Assembly (NCBI GenBank): GCA_008632985.1
Contig: QPGO01000009.1
Span: forward strand, 372,001-436,000
DNA: 64,000 nucleotides
Source: Psammoneis japonica
Taxonomy: Eukaryota
Reading direction: 5' to 3'
Part shown: one piece after another, positions 23,330-36,480 of the stretch
Position numbering within the stretch: position 1 is the first letter of the stretch
Layout: every line of letters starts with the position of its first letter
Translations under genes and position numbers: made by a program
Notes under the pieces: model-generated
What the model saw: the letters and a program-made list of their open reading frames with translations, nothing else
Told to the model about the DNA's origin: nothing
The model's database searches: none

Positions 23330-26300
23330 TTACTTCTCAATTGATACTTGAATCGGGATAAAGCTATCAGGGTTTTTCGACTTCGAATGACACTCAGAAC
23401 ATAACTCCTCGGCCTCCCATTTCCCGGCGGGGGCGGCGGCTAGGTGGTGCGGTTTCCTCCAAGACACTACCTTGGCGGGTCGGCCAGGACCCCGTCCCCA
23501 TTGACGGCGTTCTGTTGCATTCATCACTTTGTGCCAACGTACTTCCGTGATTGATTTGTTGCAGCCAGTGCACGTTGGAACCAAACCCGGTGCTACATTC
23601 TGAAGATGATACAGGAGCATAGCTGTGCTGTACTTGGCTCGTCGGAGCGTGTCAAACTCGAAGTTACGAAACTGCGAAACTTCCAACAAAGCGTGCCGGG
23701 TATCGGCAAGAGACGGTACCTTGCCAATTTCCTGCCCACCGTGCTCAAAAGATGCAACGTACGATTCGTACTCCTGCGCCTTCTGCTGGTCCTCGGCGGT
23801 TGCGTCGCTCTTTCGTGATAGACTGCAAGTAAAGAAGCTCGTTCGTAGTCGTCGAACAGATTCCCCTACTTCCTCTCCGAGCCAAGACTGGCGACGTCGC
23901 TTTGAATGATCGTCGTCCGCCACAGAGGAACTTCTCTTCCGCTTCTTGCCCGGCTTCTTTGAGGAACCTTTCGGTGGCACTGGGTTCTTCTTGTCCATCA
24001 GCCACACATCATTCCCAACCATGCGATGCATTATGGCATCCGGCCCCTTTGCCGGCTGATTCTTTTGTACGGTTGCGTGTTCAGGAGCAGATGATTCAGG
24101 AGCAGGCGCAGGAGGAGCAGGCGGAGCAGCAGTACTGTCGTCGGGCTTGACGTCTTCGGATTTCGGCGCTCCTTCTTGATCGTCAGCTGAAGGCGATGGT
24201 GTTTCACCACAGGAAACGCGCATATCAAGGCTCATGCTAAGATCGGAGAACGAATCTCGGTCTACGGCGTCACATTCTGGTGAGGTAGACCAGCAACGCT
24301 TCAAAAAGTCGAGCTCCTTGAAGAACATATCACGCAATTCGATCGCCATCAGATGGACAACGTGCCCCTTCGGATTGTATCGCATGGCATTTGCAAAAAC
24401 GAGCTCGACATCCGCCACCAAATCACCGAGGGTGCTGTACTCGCCAAGAAGGCAACGAGAGTATACAGTGCCTAAGTCCATCGGGTGAGTAATGATGGTG
24501 TGGTAGTCCTTGAGCTTGAGCGCAACCGCATTGACGGGTCGACGAAATGGCTTAGACGAGGGATGAGCAATCACACGGTCCTGAAGAACAGATGCAACCA
24601 TCATTGCTGGGCACTTGCTGTCGAACTGAGAAAGGCCGATCTTGCTTGCAACCATGGAGTTGGATGTTGAAGTCTTCGTTGCAACTGCACTTCTCAAGTT
24701 ACGAGTCATGCTGGCAGCGTGAATACGCGTTGCTTCCTCAATCCAAAAGTCTCCATCGAGAAGTGGAGGGCAAATCATTCTGCCGTAAGGAAGCACATCT
24801 GGAGCTGACTGGTTGGCGTCGTTTCCACTTGGAAGGTATTTCTCAAAGGAGCGTTCGTAAAGGCTCTTCACGTCTGACACAACTCCGCATTCGACTGCTC
24901 TGCTCAAAGCTCCATGGTACCAAGAAATGAGCCTTTCCTTTGTTGGGGTCCGTTGCGAAGCAGGGTGGTTCCAGAAAACAAACGAATTGCCACGAGTCGG
25001 AGGGCAAGCCCAGATGTGAGCGATTTCGTATCCTCGCGCTCGCGCTGACGCGAGATAGGCCACTAGCATTTCATGATATACTTGGGTACGGCAAGAACGA
25101 GGGCGGAAGTGCTCGACAGAATCGAGGTACGCCACATATACTCTCTTCTGGTCAACAACGTCGCGTCGGTCCATTTCGTCAAAGTATTCGTAATCGCCAT
25201 CGTACTCTTGTACATACATGCAGAATACACAAACGTCCAAGCCGTCAATCTTCTGAAACAGAGCGAATGCCTTAGAGTTATACTTGACAGCGGACGGAGG
25301 GACAATAGCTTCGTCGGCGTCGGTGCCAGCAGAAGATTCCATTCGGAAATGCCTTTGCACAACGTCGGGGACTTTGAAGTACTTGTTGCAATCTGAGATT
25401 ACACGGACAACAACCGTGTGCTCAGCATTGGGGCAGTCTTCAGACACCATCTTCTCTTGGACCTTCTTCTGCATGAACGCCGAGATGGGCGTATGGGAGA
25501 GGGTATCGGCACTCAGCACCTGTTCACCAACACGAAATCCTTTGGGGAGGACATCTTCGAGTTTGACGGGTACTTCGGAGCCACTGACGAATGTGTATCC
25601 TTCGGATCGCGACTTCTTAACATCCAGACGAGTTCTCATGCGCCCTTCTTCACGAACTTGATTGGAGGAGGAGGAGGAGACGCAGTAAGGACAATTGTAG
25701 GTATCCTCGTCATGAACAACCTTGTTATGCATAGCACAGATATGATGGAGACTCTCGCCGCATGTGCCGCATGTCACCCACTCTTCTTCGATTTCTTCAT
25801 CATTCTTCCTCTTCAAAAGATCACGCTTGTATCTCAACTTTTCTGGCGCCTTATCATGGTCGTTGGACGCTGGGAGCACCGCGGGAAGACTTGCATAGCA
25901 CTTCTGGCAATACTGACAACTGCCGTCATCGGAAATGTAGAACAAAGCACCCTTACGAATCTTTGCTCCATGGCAGTTGGGGCCGGCACAGAGAAGAAGG
26001 GTGGGTTCGTGTTGTAGGCAGCCTTGTAGGCAGACAGCACAAGTCCTTCCCTTGCACGATTGACACGAATGGGGAACGGCAGGTCGCCTACGGCCGACTC
26101 GCGCCCGCTTCAGAGCCTTTTCGGCATCGAGGTGGTGCCGATAATCAGCCTGACTCTGGTTGAGAGCCCTCGGCTCGCGTTTTACCGTTTCAGCGGCACT
26201 CGTAGCCGGTTCGACAAGGGGGCGAGGCAGTTCGGTGACTGGCAACGGTTGCTGAGAAACTTGAGATGGTACAGGATCGACTGCAGAACACGATGGTTCG

Positions 26301-27232
26301 TCGGGAACAATGGCGGGCGTGGGCGCAGGAGCTACTTTTTCGGTATGAGTAGCCTGGTCCGTCGTTTCTGCTTTTGGAGGCATCGATGCCACGGTGTGTG
26401 CTTCGTTGGTAACCAGATCCTGTTGCACCGTTTGGCCAGTGCACTCGCTGTAGGCTTTCTCAAACTCGGCAAGGAGAATTTTCGCCGATTGATGGATTGA
26501 GTTCTCCCGAGGATTGTAAATCATTGCATTGTGGAAGACAAGTCTGATATCGTTAGCAGCTTCTTCGCGACTCGAATAAGCTACGGCGTGCAGCTTTGCC
26601 TTGACCGTCCCAAGGTCCATCGGCTTCTTGACAATAGTGAAATAGTCAGGAATACGCAGGGCCACAGGGTCGACGGGGGCGTTGAAAACCTGACGACGGT
26701 TGTGGTGTAAGTTCGCCATAAGCCTTCCAAGAATTAGGCGAAGCGGAAACAGCTCGGCCTCGAGTCTGAGCGCGCGAGTGTGGACCGCCAGCACATCAGC
26801 GTTGTGTAGAGGATTCGGTAACGGTGGAACCGACTCGACAGATGCAGGCTGTTGCTGCCTATCTTCCTTGCTGTTTGCAGTCGATGTTTCCGCAACCGTT
26901 GCATGGTCGAATTCAGAAACGCACCTCATGGGTGATCCCGACGGTCCCTCGTCAAAATCTTCGATGCGCCTTGTTGCTTGCGGCTCGTCAAAGTCCTCGT
27001 GCGATACAAATCTACGAATGGGAGCGTGTGGCTTTTCCTTGACGACGGTGACTTGACGAGGAGCCTTCGGGTGATTGGCTCCCTCTTTCTGCATTTGTTT
27101 CTCGGTGATGGAGTCTGACTCGTCAAAGAGTTCAGGGGAGGTAGAAGTTGGCGACGGGGGAGGGGACTTTTCCGGCAAGTCAGATATACGTCGGCGGATG
27201 CTTGTGTTGACCTTTGGCACGCCGACAGTCAT
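23330..27232 (-). CDS. CBP/p300 (KAT3/KAT11-type) histone acetyltransferase with two bromodomains, PHD-like and ZZ-like fingers
   Basis: 1300-aa ORF; FNAPVDP..IPDYFTIVKKPMDLGTV bromodomain; FQKIDGLDV, VYVAYLDSV, HIWACPP, DGDFW, FDTLRRAKYST HAT motifs; second bromodomain PFRRPVN..DYHTIITHPMDLGTV. Confidence 0.93.
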   Translation of the reverse strand: MTVGVPKVNTSIRRRISDLPEKSPPPSPTSTSPELFDESDSITEKQMQKEGANHPKAPRQVTVVKEKPHAPIRRFVSHEDFDEPQATRRIEDFDEGPSGSPMRCVSEFDHATVAETSTANSKEDRQQQPASVESVPPLPNPLHNADVLAVHTRALRLEAELFPLRLILGRLMANLHHNRRQVFNAPVDPVALRIPDYFTIVKKPMDLGTVKAKLHAVAYSSREEAANDIRLVFHNAMIYNPRENSIHQSAKILLAEFEKAYSECTGQTVQQDLVTNEAHTVASMPPKAETTDQATHTEKVAPAPTPAIVPDEPSCSAVDPVPSQVSQQPLPVTELPRPLVEPATSAAETVKREPRALNQSQADYRHHLDAEKALKRARVGRRRPAVPHSCQSCKGRTCAVCLQGCLQHEPTLLLCAGPNCHGAKIRKGALFYISDDGSCQYCQKCYASLPAVLPASNDHDKAPEKLRYKRDLLKRKNDEEIEEEWVTCGTCGESLHHICAMHNKVVHDEDTYNCPYCVSSSSSNQVREEGRMRTRLDVKKSRSEGYTFVSGSEVPVKLEDVLPKGFRVGEQVLSADTLSHTPISAFMQKKVQEKMVSEDCPNAEHTVVVRVISDCNKYFKVPDVVQRHFRMESSAGTDADEAIVPPSAVKYNSKAFALFQKIDGLDVCVFCMYVQEYDGDYEYFDEMDRRDVVDQKRVYVAYLDSVEHFRPRSCRTQVYHEMLVAYLASARARGYEIAHIWACPPTRGNSFVFWNHPASQRTPTKERLISWYHGALSRAVECGVVSDVKSLYERSFEKYLPSGNDANQSAPDVLPYGRMICPPLLDGDFWIEEATRIHAASMTRNLRSAVATKTSTSNSMVASKIGLSQFDSKCPAMMVASVLQDRVIAHPSSKPFRRPVNAVALKLKDYHTIITHPMDLGTVYSRCLLGEYSTLGDLVADVELVFANAMRYNPKGHVVHLMAIELRDMFFKELDFLKRCWSTSPECDAVDRDSFSDLSMSLDMRVSCGETPSPSADDQEGAPKSEDVKPDDSTAAPPAPPAPAPESSAPEHATVQKNQPAKGPDAIMHRMVGNDVWLMDKKNPVPPKGSSKKPGKKRKRSSSVADDDHSKRRRQSWLGEEVGESVRRLRTSFFTCSLSRKSDATAEDQQKAQEYESYVASFEHGGQEIGKVPSLADTRHALLEVSQFRNFEFDTLRRAKYSTAMLLYHLQNVAPGLVPTCTGCNKSITEVRWHKVMNATERRQWGRGPGRPAKVVSWRKPHHLAAAPAGKWEAEELCSECHSKSKNPDSFIPIQVSIEK

Positions 27233-28864
27233 TATTGTCTATTGTGAGTTCTAAAAAGTTCTGGGATGAAGAGAAGAACAAAGCAAGAGTGAGTGAGTCC
27301 CACGAAAGGTACTTCGGTTCACGTCAACGCGCAACACGAAACCAGCAAACAGTCTTGCAAGACAGCACAGAAACAGCAAAAAAATCCAGTATCAAACATG
27401 TCGATGAACAAAGCAAGGTGAATCCGTGGCGCTTGCCTTCATATTGCATCACAACCGCAATGAATGCTGAATAGTGGCGGCAAATTTTGGCAACAAAAAC
27501 GACGCAGAATATCACAGCGAACTCCAATGACGTCAGGTGACACCTGGCCTCTAAGTAAACAATGCCATGCATCCTCCCTCTTCATCCAGGAGCGAGATCA
27601 ACGTGGAAATCAGTACAGATTCTACACATGAGAACAATCTTCGAAACTCCTTTCACAGCCAGTCAAAGATGACCGGAGAGCAGCTTCGACACGGGCCGCC
27701 ATGACGGGACCGTAAGGAGACGCTGACAAGACGCAACGCAACAAAACATACACGTTGCTTTGGAGAGTCTCCCCGAAAGGCCAGCTTAAGCGAACAGCAA
27801 CGAGCACGATAAATAACGAAGCACGATTGCATCGATCCTTCATCATTGGAGGGAGTGAACAGCTCACGTAGAAAGCCACGTAGAAGGCGGTACACAACCA
27901 GCAGATGTCCCTCCGACAATGGATACGCGGATTAGCGCGTCGATCGTCGACGACAATGGCGCTTGACAATCAACGAGACACGTCATACTATCGATCAGAA
28001 CTATCGGAAGAGACTACATCACAGTGGGGTTCACTAGACGATTATATTACAACGAAAATGCTGATGCCATGGTCAACCAATCATGGTGGAAGCAAGGGCA
28101 TTTCTCGGGCGCACTGAACGAAACAGTCGCAGCTGCTGGTACAAAGTCTACGAAGGACTTACATGTACAAGACCAGGAATTGGTCGTGGTCGATGCTCAG
28201 ATTCCACATTCCATGGAACGAGCCGCGCCAAATATTTCTCCGTGGATCGCGTTGGGCGTATTCACAAAAACGGTGATGAAGAGTTGAATTACACCAAATC
28301 ACGAATTCAGATCGCCAATTCCCAGTAGAAATTCTACGTGGAGAACGATGGGCTGTCGACGTGTGACTCTGAAAAATTGTGACAGAATTTTTCGAAAATC
28401 CGCCAATGACTATTGCCGTAGAATTCGCTGTAGGATTAATACTAGGAACTTGAGCATTGGTTTCGTGTAGAGCCTTGTAGAAATCTGGTACACAAAATCG
28501 AACTCCAGGTGCGTCATTCTTCCCGCATCCTACGAGGGAATCAATACAAAATCATGTATGTTAGATTTGTACCATTCCCACGTTGGTATAAAAAATATGT
28601 AGATTTCTACATGAAACGAACGTCTCACATCGAGCTCGCTCGTGACGAGCGCTCACAAAAAGATATCCAAAAAAAGATCTCATCCAGCTCAGACAGCTCA
28701 TCACTCTTATCTCTCATCTTGCATCACCGTTCTCCATCTGCACCGCAGGCAACCGAGAACATCGAAGCAAGAACAGCGCGACTGCTAACGTCCTGCACAC
28801 CGGTAGGAGTCCTTACGAGCTCGAGTGATGACAGAACATACCATACGTGTTCTCCGCACCTGAA

Positions 28865-29425
28865 ATGTCTTCATGTTTTCCGACTCCAACGCTTGGCGGG
28901 AGCATAACGCAAGAAATCGCAGCGGCGCCAGACGTCGTGTGGTCCGTCGTGACAGATCGGGAAAATGCGGAAGAAATTCTATCCAATTTGAAATCTAAAA
29001 CCGTTATAAAGAACGGAAACGAAGACGGCGTGGGAATGGTGGTACGTGAGGTACGAGTCATGGATGGCACAGAAATTGAATCCTTCAATACAATCACGGC
29101 GATATCGAGAGATCCGTACTCTGTCAGTACCAATGTGTACCTTAAGAAGTCAACCGCTCTTGCTGGAAAAGATAAGGCAGCAAGGACTGGTAGCTGGACA
29201 ATTATGCAAGGCGAGAATGAAAATAGCAGCGTGTTTGTATGGACTTTTTCGGCCATTCCCGAAGGCTTCGTTGAAACGTTTTGGACCTTGTTGTGTGGGA
29301 AATGCGTATTTCGAATGGTTAAGAAACACTTTGAACAAGATTTGCGAGATTTTGCAGCAGAGGCTGAGCGAAGGCAAAGGTTGATCGACGAAAAGTCAGA
29401 GAATGTCGGCGTTTCTCGAACGTAA
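28865..29425 (+). CDS. SRPBCC / polyketide cyclase-dehydrase (START-like) protein
   Basis: EIAAAPDVVWSVVTD, GVGMVVRE, C-terminal helix EQDLRDFAAEAE. Confidence 0.75.
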   Translation: MSSCFPTPTLGGSITQEIAAAPDVVWSVVTDRENAEEILSNLKSKTVIKNGNEDGVGMVVREVRVMDGTEIESFNTITAISRDPYSVSTNVYLKKSTALAGKDKAARTGSWTIMQGENENSSVFVWTFSAIPEGFVETFWTLLCGKCVFRMVKKHFEQDLRDFAAEAERRQRLIDEKSENVGVSRT

Positions 29426-32400
29426 AAAGTTGATGTGTCGTTCGCCCTTCTGTGCTAGAGCAGCAACCACTCGTGTCGCGTTGGTTGTCAACTTTAAGTC
29501 CCCGAGCCTCAACTGGTGATCATTTGTTAAATCCATTGCACTTTGCCGCCGCAGTCAGCGCAGGTGACGGTCCCCCGAGCTAAAAAAGACGCAGTAGCGG
29601 TTGCATCAGTTCGGTGTGTTCTCGAATGCCTCGAGCGTTGATGAATGACGAATCCTCTACTCGGAAAATCGTTGTTGCTGATTAACGGTATTGCTATAGC
29701 TATTTTATATGGTAAGGTTGCGACATATTAATTTTAAGTACAGAATTAATGGATCCTCTGCTCGGAAAATGGGTGTTACTGATTAGCTGCATTCTTGTAG
29801 CTATGTTTATGGTAAGGTTTCGACATCTTCCTTTTAAGTCACAGAACACATCACGCAAATACCGGGCAACGCTATTCGCCCTCGTTTTTCGCGTTGCTGC
29901 CGCAATATAATTATTGCAAAGCGGCACAGCTGTTACCTGCAAAGCAGCCATTATGCTCGCAACGGCTGTCTGACATTTGCCGACACTGAATCTCCACTTT
30001 TTGTTTGATCTGTTTAACTTTGCTGTATTCGAAATGGCGCGCGCCTGTGTCAGCAGGAGCCCACCCTAGTACTTCCATTCGGTTTCCTACCTCAAAGAAG
30101 GGGAATATCTCTCAATTCAATCAACTCGTGATATGAGAACGAAAGATAGCAATCCATCGCGAGTGGTAGCTTCTCGAGAATTTAGCAGCCTGGGAGCTGT
30201 CCCTGCCGCACCCACTCTAGCTCTAGCTACTTACCACCGTTAGAAGCTCTTGCAGTGCTTTGGTACGCAAATAAGGAAGAAGTTTCGTAGATTCATGAAT
30301 CCTCGAAATGATCCAAAAATATTCTGCATGCTACCATGTCATACTGAATGCCATGCTGCTCTTCTTCTGACAGACTGGCTGCTTCCGTCCAATCAAAACT
30401 GCCAAGAACCCTGAGCGACTCATTCCCGGTGGTTCGCGTGGGGGAAAAGTTGTCATTGTCGGCTGAGATCAGTTCGAACGTCAGAGACGACAATCGAAAG
30501 GAAAGGGTCGGAATGCTGCACAATTCCTCCTCATCTTGCTGCGTCAAGACGACATTATCTGTTGCTGCGTCCAACACCTTAGCTAACAAGCACGCTTTCC
30601 ATTCGAACTTTTTGTAGCAATTGCGGCTCGTCCATCGCACCCGGAGGAGGCAAAGTGTATTGCAATTTCACGTCAACCACGGTGCAAAGCCAAATCCGAC
30701 TTATTGAGGACTTATCTGGTCGTGGTATACACGAATTCTGTAATGCCTCTCTCAAGGTCCCATTAAAGAAAATTGCTGGCCCAAGCACCTGAATTGTCGT
30801 GTAGACGATATGAGTCGTTTGATCAAGAAAGCTCGCGCTCTGAGGCCTGGATCATCGTGAATTTCTGTGACGCTGCGAGTAGCGTGAAACTCCCCGCCCG
30901 AAGAAACGTCATAATATAATATTGGCATCACCATCTAGCCCGTACTTCACTGATGTTGTGAGCGTTGTGTTACAGAAACGTTGCGGATGTTCTACGGTAG
31001 GACAAAGGCCTCCTCTTGAGGAAACTCAACTCAATGCGACAGGCAACGAAGCGCTATGGCAATTCGGGCAGCAATTCTGAGCAGTCGCGGCAAGCATGTA
31101 CTCGCAGTGACTCCACCTTCGTCCCTTCTGCACCACTTCCTCCCCCATGATTGCAATGTCGCGATTGATTTCTGCGACAAGAAGGAGGTTTACGATTCGA
31201 AAGGGCGTGCCTCGTGGTATCGTCCTCTTGTTGTATTCTCTTCCGCTTTTGTCCAGGGCCAGCGCTTGCCAGAGGATCATTCTCTACAAAAGGCACTCCT
31301 TGGCAACTCAAGTCTGCTGTGAGACAATGAAAATCGATAGTCTCATTCGAGTCTTTCGTGATTTTGCCTGAACGATGTTGGTTTTAAGATTGAGAGCTGC
31401 TTGCTCCCATCACAACAGCTGAGTGGGAACGCAAATCTCTATTCCACGTTGTACAAGCCTTCGCCGCTCTCGTGGTGCTTGCGGTTCTTGCGTTGTTATG
31501 TTTATCGCTCATGACATCGCTCAACGCTCAACGATCAACGCCGACACTTGACTCTTGACTTCATTTTATGGCATATTCTAGCTAGTGTAGGTTTTTTAGA
31601 TTTTTTGGAAGATTTGCTGTTCGCTTCTTGCGAACTCCTCTTTTCTGTTACAGTACAGCGCGCAGCAGCATGCATGTCGCTTTTCTCTCTTGGTGACATG
31701 ACGGACATGACAGCCTACCATACGATGAACGATGAACCTCAGGCAGGCGTCCACTGCTGATGCTCCGTTGACTGTTTGACTGTATATTCTGTATCCAACG
31801 CCTGATTACACCATAACTTGCTGTTTTCGAAAAAGAACTGGTTCCAGAGAAGCAGCAACAACACTGTGGTGCAAAAACGTGCTTGTGCGTTGTCATGCAC
31901 CTCCATGTCCCGTCTGTCTGGAGAAGAAGTTGCTCTTCACAGTGACTTCTCCGATTTTATCACTCGCCTTGTTTCTCGTTGTTTTTGCTTGGTCTCCTTT
32001 GGCTCTTTCGTTCTCTCAGTCGAAGAATCCTTCAAAACCATCGCGTGACTGGCTGGATGCGGAACTCACCGTTCTCAACTTTCCCGCAAGCCGTCACCTA
32101 CCCTTTCCGCGGAACAAGTGGCCATTTCATGTCTTCGAAGCATCCAACTCGTTGACTATCCACGTCCATTGGCCGGAATTGATCGAATATATTCCTTTCT
32201 CACTTGGCAGTGTCGTGATGCTGTCGTGTCGTCAAGACCAATCATCCAACAGGAATTTCGACAACGGGCCGCCCTTTCGCCGGTGCTGCAGCCAATCATG
32301 GGTGCGACCAGGATTGATCTTGGAGACAGCACCATCTCGCCGGGTACAGCAACCAGGGGTGACATTGTCTCGTTTCCTGTGGTGGTGCATGGCGCTGAAG

Positions 32401-33008
32401 TTTCCGCCTTCCAGCACAAGTCCGGACTCATTCGAGACCGAGTTGCGGCAGGGCCTCCAAGAGTGGACATGGTAACGAGGCTAGAAAAGGCAAGGAGACC
32501 GCCACTGGCGGGGTGTTGGCAGGTTCGTGATATTGCTGATGCTCGATTTGCAAACGGTGGGCAGGGATGGAGCCGCCATGAAGGTGTGTAGAGGGTAGTC
32601 GTGCTTTCAGAATAGGATGAAAGCAGCCGTGCCACGTGCCACCTATACTCCTTTCGTTTCACCGCAAGGATCTGTCGTGCTATAAGCACGAGTAGTGATA
32701 GACTTATGGGTGATTCCATGTGTGTGGGTGCTAGAATGAAAGAAACAACACTATACGGCACTGCTATGAATGGGGGACTGCCGATCGCTTCTGCGAGAGT
32801 AAGCAAACCAGATTGGCTCGTGCTCGCTTCCCATGAGCCCATGTCAGATTAGCTAGAACTTCGACCCGACGCAAAAGAAGACATTTGAGGATGAAAAAGA
32901 TGTGCATCTACTTACATATATTGCGTACAGTATATGTTTTTCCGATCGAAATGCGAAGAGTCCCTTGCCCGCATGTCCTCCTTGACTCCTTTGCGAAAGA
33001 TAGACCAA

Positions 33009-34809
33009 CTAATCACTATCGCAGATGAATTCGTCATTTTCACTCTTTCGAATCTCGACCAACTCAAATTTGATCTGTATCGGAAATTTTGGCCTTTCTC
33101 CAGCCTGCAGACTCTGCAACCCCAGTACTATTTCTTCGGCGGTCCTATCCTTGAGAGAGGTGTACGCCTCTGTCCAGTCCCGACCGATAGTTACTTCCCA
33201 CTCCATTTTTCCTTTCTCGTAAGACTCCCGTTGCGCAGGAGTGCAGGTAAAGACCGTGCGTGTTCGAGCAATCATACAGCATCGACGCTTGAGCTGCTTC
33301 AGCGTCTCCATTGGATTTGTGGTGCTTATCTGGGCGGTACCTGTTGTCCCCTCGATACCAACTCGAGAGAACACAAAGAAGACGGAGCTTTCTTGGGCTT
33401 CTTTGTCGTTTTGTCGCTGCTGTTTCTTCCTCTTGAGCCTTTTCGTTTCGAAGTGCCTACAGCTAGTTCTTGATCGGCTCGACCTGTAGATTTTTCATCG
33501 ACGCGTGCTTCTGCATGGGTTATGTTGAGCTTTCCCATACCTTTTTCCGAAGATTCACAGAAGCAGAACTCCGGGTCGTTGATGTAGAAGCACGTCCTGG
33601 GAGTCTCCAGAGTGGGAGTCTCCAGATTCAAGTACGTGGCGGGGTCCCACTTTGGATTGACCGCATAGTAGTAATGAATTACTTCATCTTCGTAACTGGG
33701 TGAACTACTGTCTGCCATCCATGTTTCAAACTTTTTAAAGTTGAATTTTTCCACCTTGGTGAAGCCGTGCACTTTCATATACTTGAATGCTGCCTTGTGC
33801 CACTGCTTGAATTCTCGCACACGGGCACTTCCGAGTCTCTTCAACGCTTTTCCGTCAAAGAACTTCTTTGCAAGCTTCGTCACCATGTTGTGCGTCTTCG
33901 GATTCTCCCACCCCTGTATCATGATATTTTCTGGGATTGTACTCCAGCGTTCTAAGCGTCCCGGGAACCCCTCGGGAAAGGTCCGCTCCTGAAAGAACGG
34001 TTTCCCATCGCATCCTTTGACTTTCGCCCAGTAGGTCCACACCTGAAAGAACGGTTTCCCATCGCATCCTTTGTTTCTCGCCAAGTCCTGCAACTGCTTT
34101 TCCATGTCGTCACTCTGTTCCTTGGAGAGCTGGCGGAGATGATTCCTCGTGTGGACGTGTTGCTTTGTGACATATTCCATTTTCTGCCGTATTTCCCTAG
34201 TCGCCTTGGTCATGTCAAGAATATTCTCGCCGAAATTGCAGGATGTCTTAACAGAGTAGAGAGGTTGCGGCTTGGGATCGGGCGCATCTGATACCTCCAA
34301 AACTTCTTCCCTCCATTCACGGTAGAGTTCATTTATCGCAGTGTGATCGAGGGCGACGGGGCTTTCCGCTAGACTTGGTAACTCCATGCCATCTTGCGGA
34401 TGTCCCTGAAAGACATTATGTTGTTCAGGTAGGGTGTTTAGACCAACTTGACTAGGACCGTGCGATTTGTGAGCCAACACATCACCTGAGTCGTTGCATC
34501 CCAAACACAATTCTCTAATGTTCCCGTCGTGACGGCATTATTTCTGGCGAGAGGTGGCACGAAAACGCCAACCGGGGGTCCCGGAAGGTCACGATCTTGT
34601 TCTGATGCGAAGAACGGACCAACTTCCTGCCCCTCGCAAACACGGTAACTCATAATGTTATTACCATTGACGGCAGGGCTTTCAACAAGAATGCCATCTT
34701 GCGGAGGTACTTGGAATTCAACATGTTTCTCGGAAAGGGTGGGAAGTTGACCGGGATCCGGCACGCTGTTATATACAACCAATCCATTTCCTGTGTTCTC
34801 AGATGGCAT
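33009..34809 (-). CDS. Hypothetical protein split over three frames (33009-33374, 33326-34510, 34438-34809)
   Basis: 394-aa core ORF with normal composition; motif TL.E.H..FQ..PQDG occurs in two of the pieces, suggesting one gene. Confidence 0.5.
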
Positions 34810-36059
34810 GATTGGTTCTGACGGCTGTGAAATAATGAGAAAGGAAGGACACGGAGAAGAACAACAGGTTGTGAGAAACTGTGCCGTGCTGATAGCGCAA
34901 TCACTGATGCACGGCTCTTAGGTTGACGCCAATTTGCGTGCCAACCAACTCACCATTTCGCTGTTGTCAGACATAGTGCCGAAATGGAAAACAGGGTAAC
35001 GACGTCAATCCCAACGTGGTATTTGTCGCGCGTTGGTTCTTCTCTTAATAATACGGTGTGTTGATGTCCGGTTGCAGTTATACTGAGGTGCACGAGAACG
35101 AAAACATTGCCAAGTAAGTCCGCAACCGGGATAAGTGACAATAGGTAAGGCATGCGTGTTTTAGTCGTGACGAAGAAGAATCGTGTCGAGATTTACTTAC
35201 CTAGAGAGACAAAGTTAAGATTTCCTTTATATGTTGATGCCTGTGTGCTGCTCTTTTTTTAGCTTTATTGACACACTAACAAAAAGGATCGGTGATGAAG
35301 GGTGTCAAGTGTTAAGCCTCGAACGAGCGGGACTGAAAACACAAGTGAAAACGAATGAGCGGGCAACTGTTCTATGAACTCTGGTTCTCTGCGCCTCGCA
35401 TTCACTTCCTGTTCTATGAGAATCATACGCACGGAGAAGCCATGATGTTAGACTCACCTTTATGGCAAGCGGCGGCGATGAGGCGGTGATGGCGTTGTCT
35501 TTGTAAACAGTCGCTTTGGCCGTTTTTATTTTTTGTGGGATTGCTTTCTACTGCATTCCACATTTTTTTTGGCAAGCACGCAAAAACCCTAATCCTCATT
35601 GACATATATCATTATCAATCATATGTTTGTTCAAGAAATGAATGATACAATAAGAATTTGGAATCGAGATATCTCCCTCCAACGGCCTCTGTGAATGTGT
35701 CGTCAGTCGATGAATTGCGTTCGACGTACGTACCGTACGCGTTCGCGCACTGTACTGCCCGCCACCTCACAGCTCGGTGACAAGAAGTGACAATGGCCGC
35801 TGACGTTCCGCATGTACGAACACGCAATGTCCACCCAAGTGTCCAAAGAAGAGAAAAAAACAACAACGTCTACCATGTGATGGATGCGTGGGCGATTCCG
35901 CCAGAAGTCCACAAATTTTCAGGGTGAAAACATGAACGACGACACTGACAATGATCATGATTCCCACTCTTGGCCTCAAACAACAAGTGGGCTGGGATGT
36001 TTGTGTGGCAGATCGGCTTTGCATGAGGCAGTTTGTGATGTTAATGTTTTGTCAGCCAT

Positions 36060-36480
36060 CAATCACACTGACAATGATGACAAGGTGTGTGTCTAAAAAG
36101 CGGGCACGAGTGTGGCTGCTGTCCAATCCACACGGCTTGGTGCTTTGCATGGTGGGGCCTTTTTTGTTGAAAGGAGCTGATCCTGCTTGTGTTGATGCCA
36201 ACAACAACACTTTCACTGCTCTTCATTGGACAGCTGGGGCTGGTGACGAAGACGGGGTGCATGTGCTTTTGATGAAGAATTGCCCTCTTGGCATGCGCTC
36301 AAATTGGCGAGTGCCTTGTTGCATCTTTGTGCTCTTGCACTTTCGCTTTCTTCGAAACAAAGGTTTCCAGAACAAGCAAGGAGACATGCCTCTTCATGTG
36401 GCCACGTGCATTGGCCACAAGGGTGTGGTGTGGCTGCTGTCTTGTTTAAAATGGTGCTCGCTCTGCGGCACTCAACAAGC
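36060..36480 (+). pseudogene. Ankyrin-repeat gene remnant
   Basis: KGADP..D..TALHW.A..G and QNKQGDMPLHVA..GH motifs; TpA-depleted. Confidence 0.65.

Noticed and set aside
10996..27232. Helicase, phosphatase and HAT as a functional defence cluster causing the hypermutation
   Set aside because: Eukaryotic gene adjacency is weak evidence, and none encodes a recognisable deaminase or methyltransferase.
30293..32842. Fragmented minus-strand ORFs (also 41158-42430 and 58400-60100)
   Set aside because: No motif I can recognise; left unannotated.
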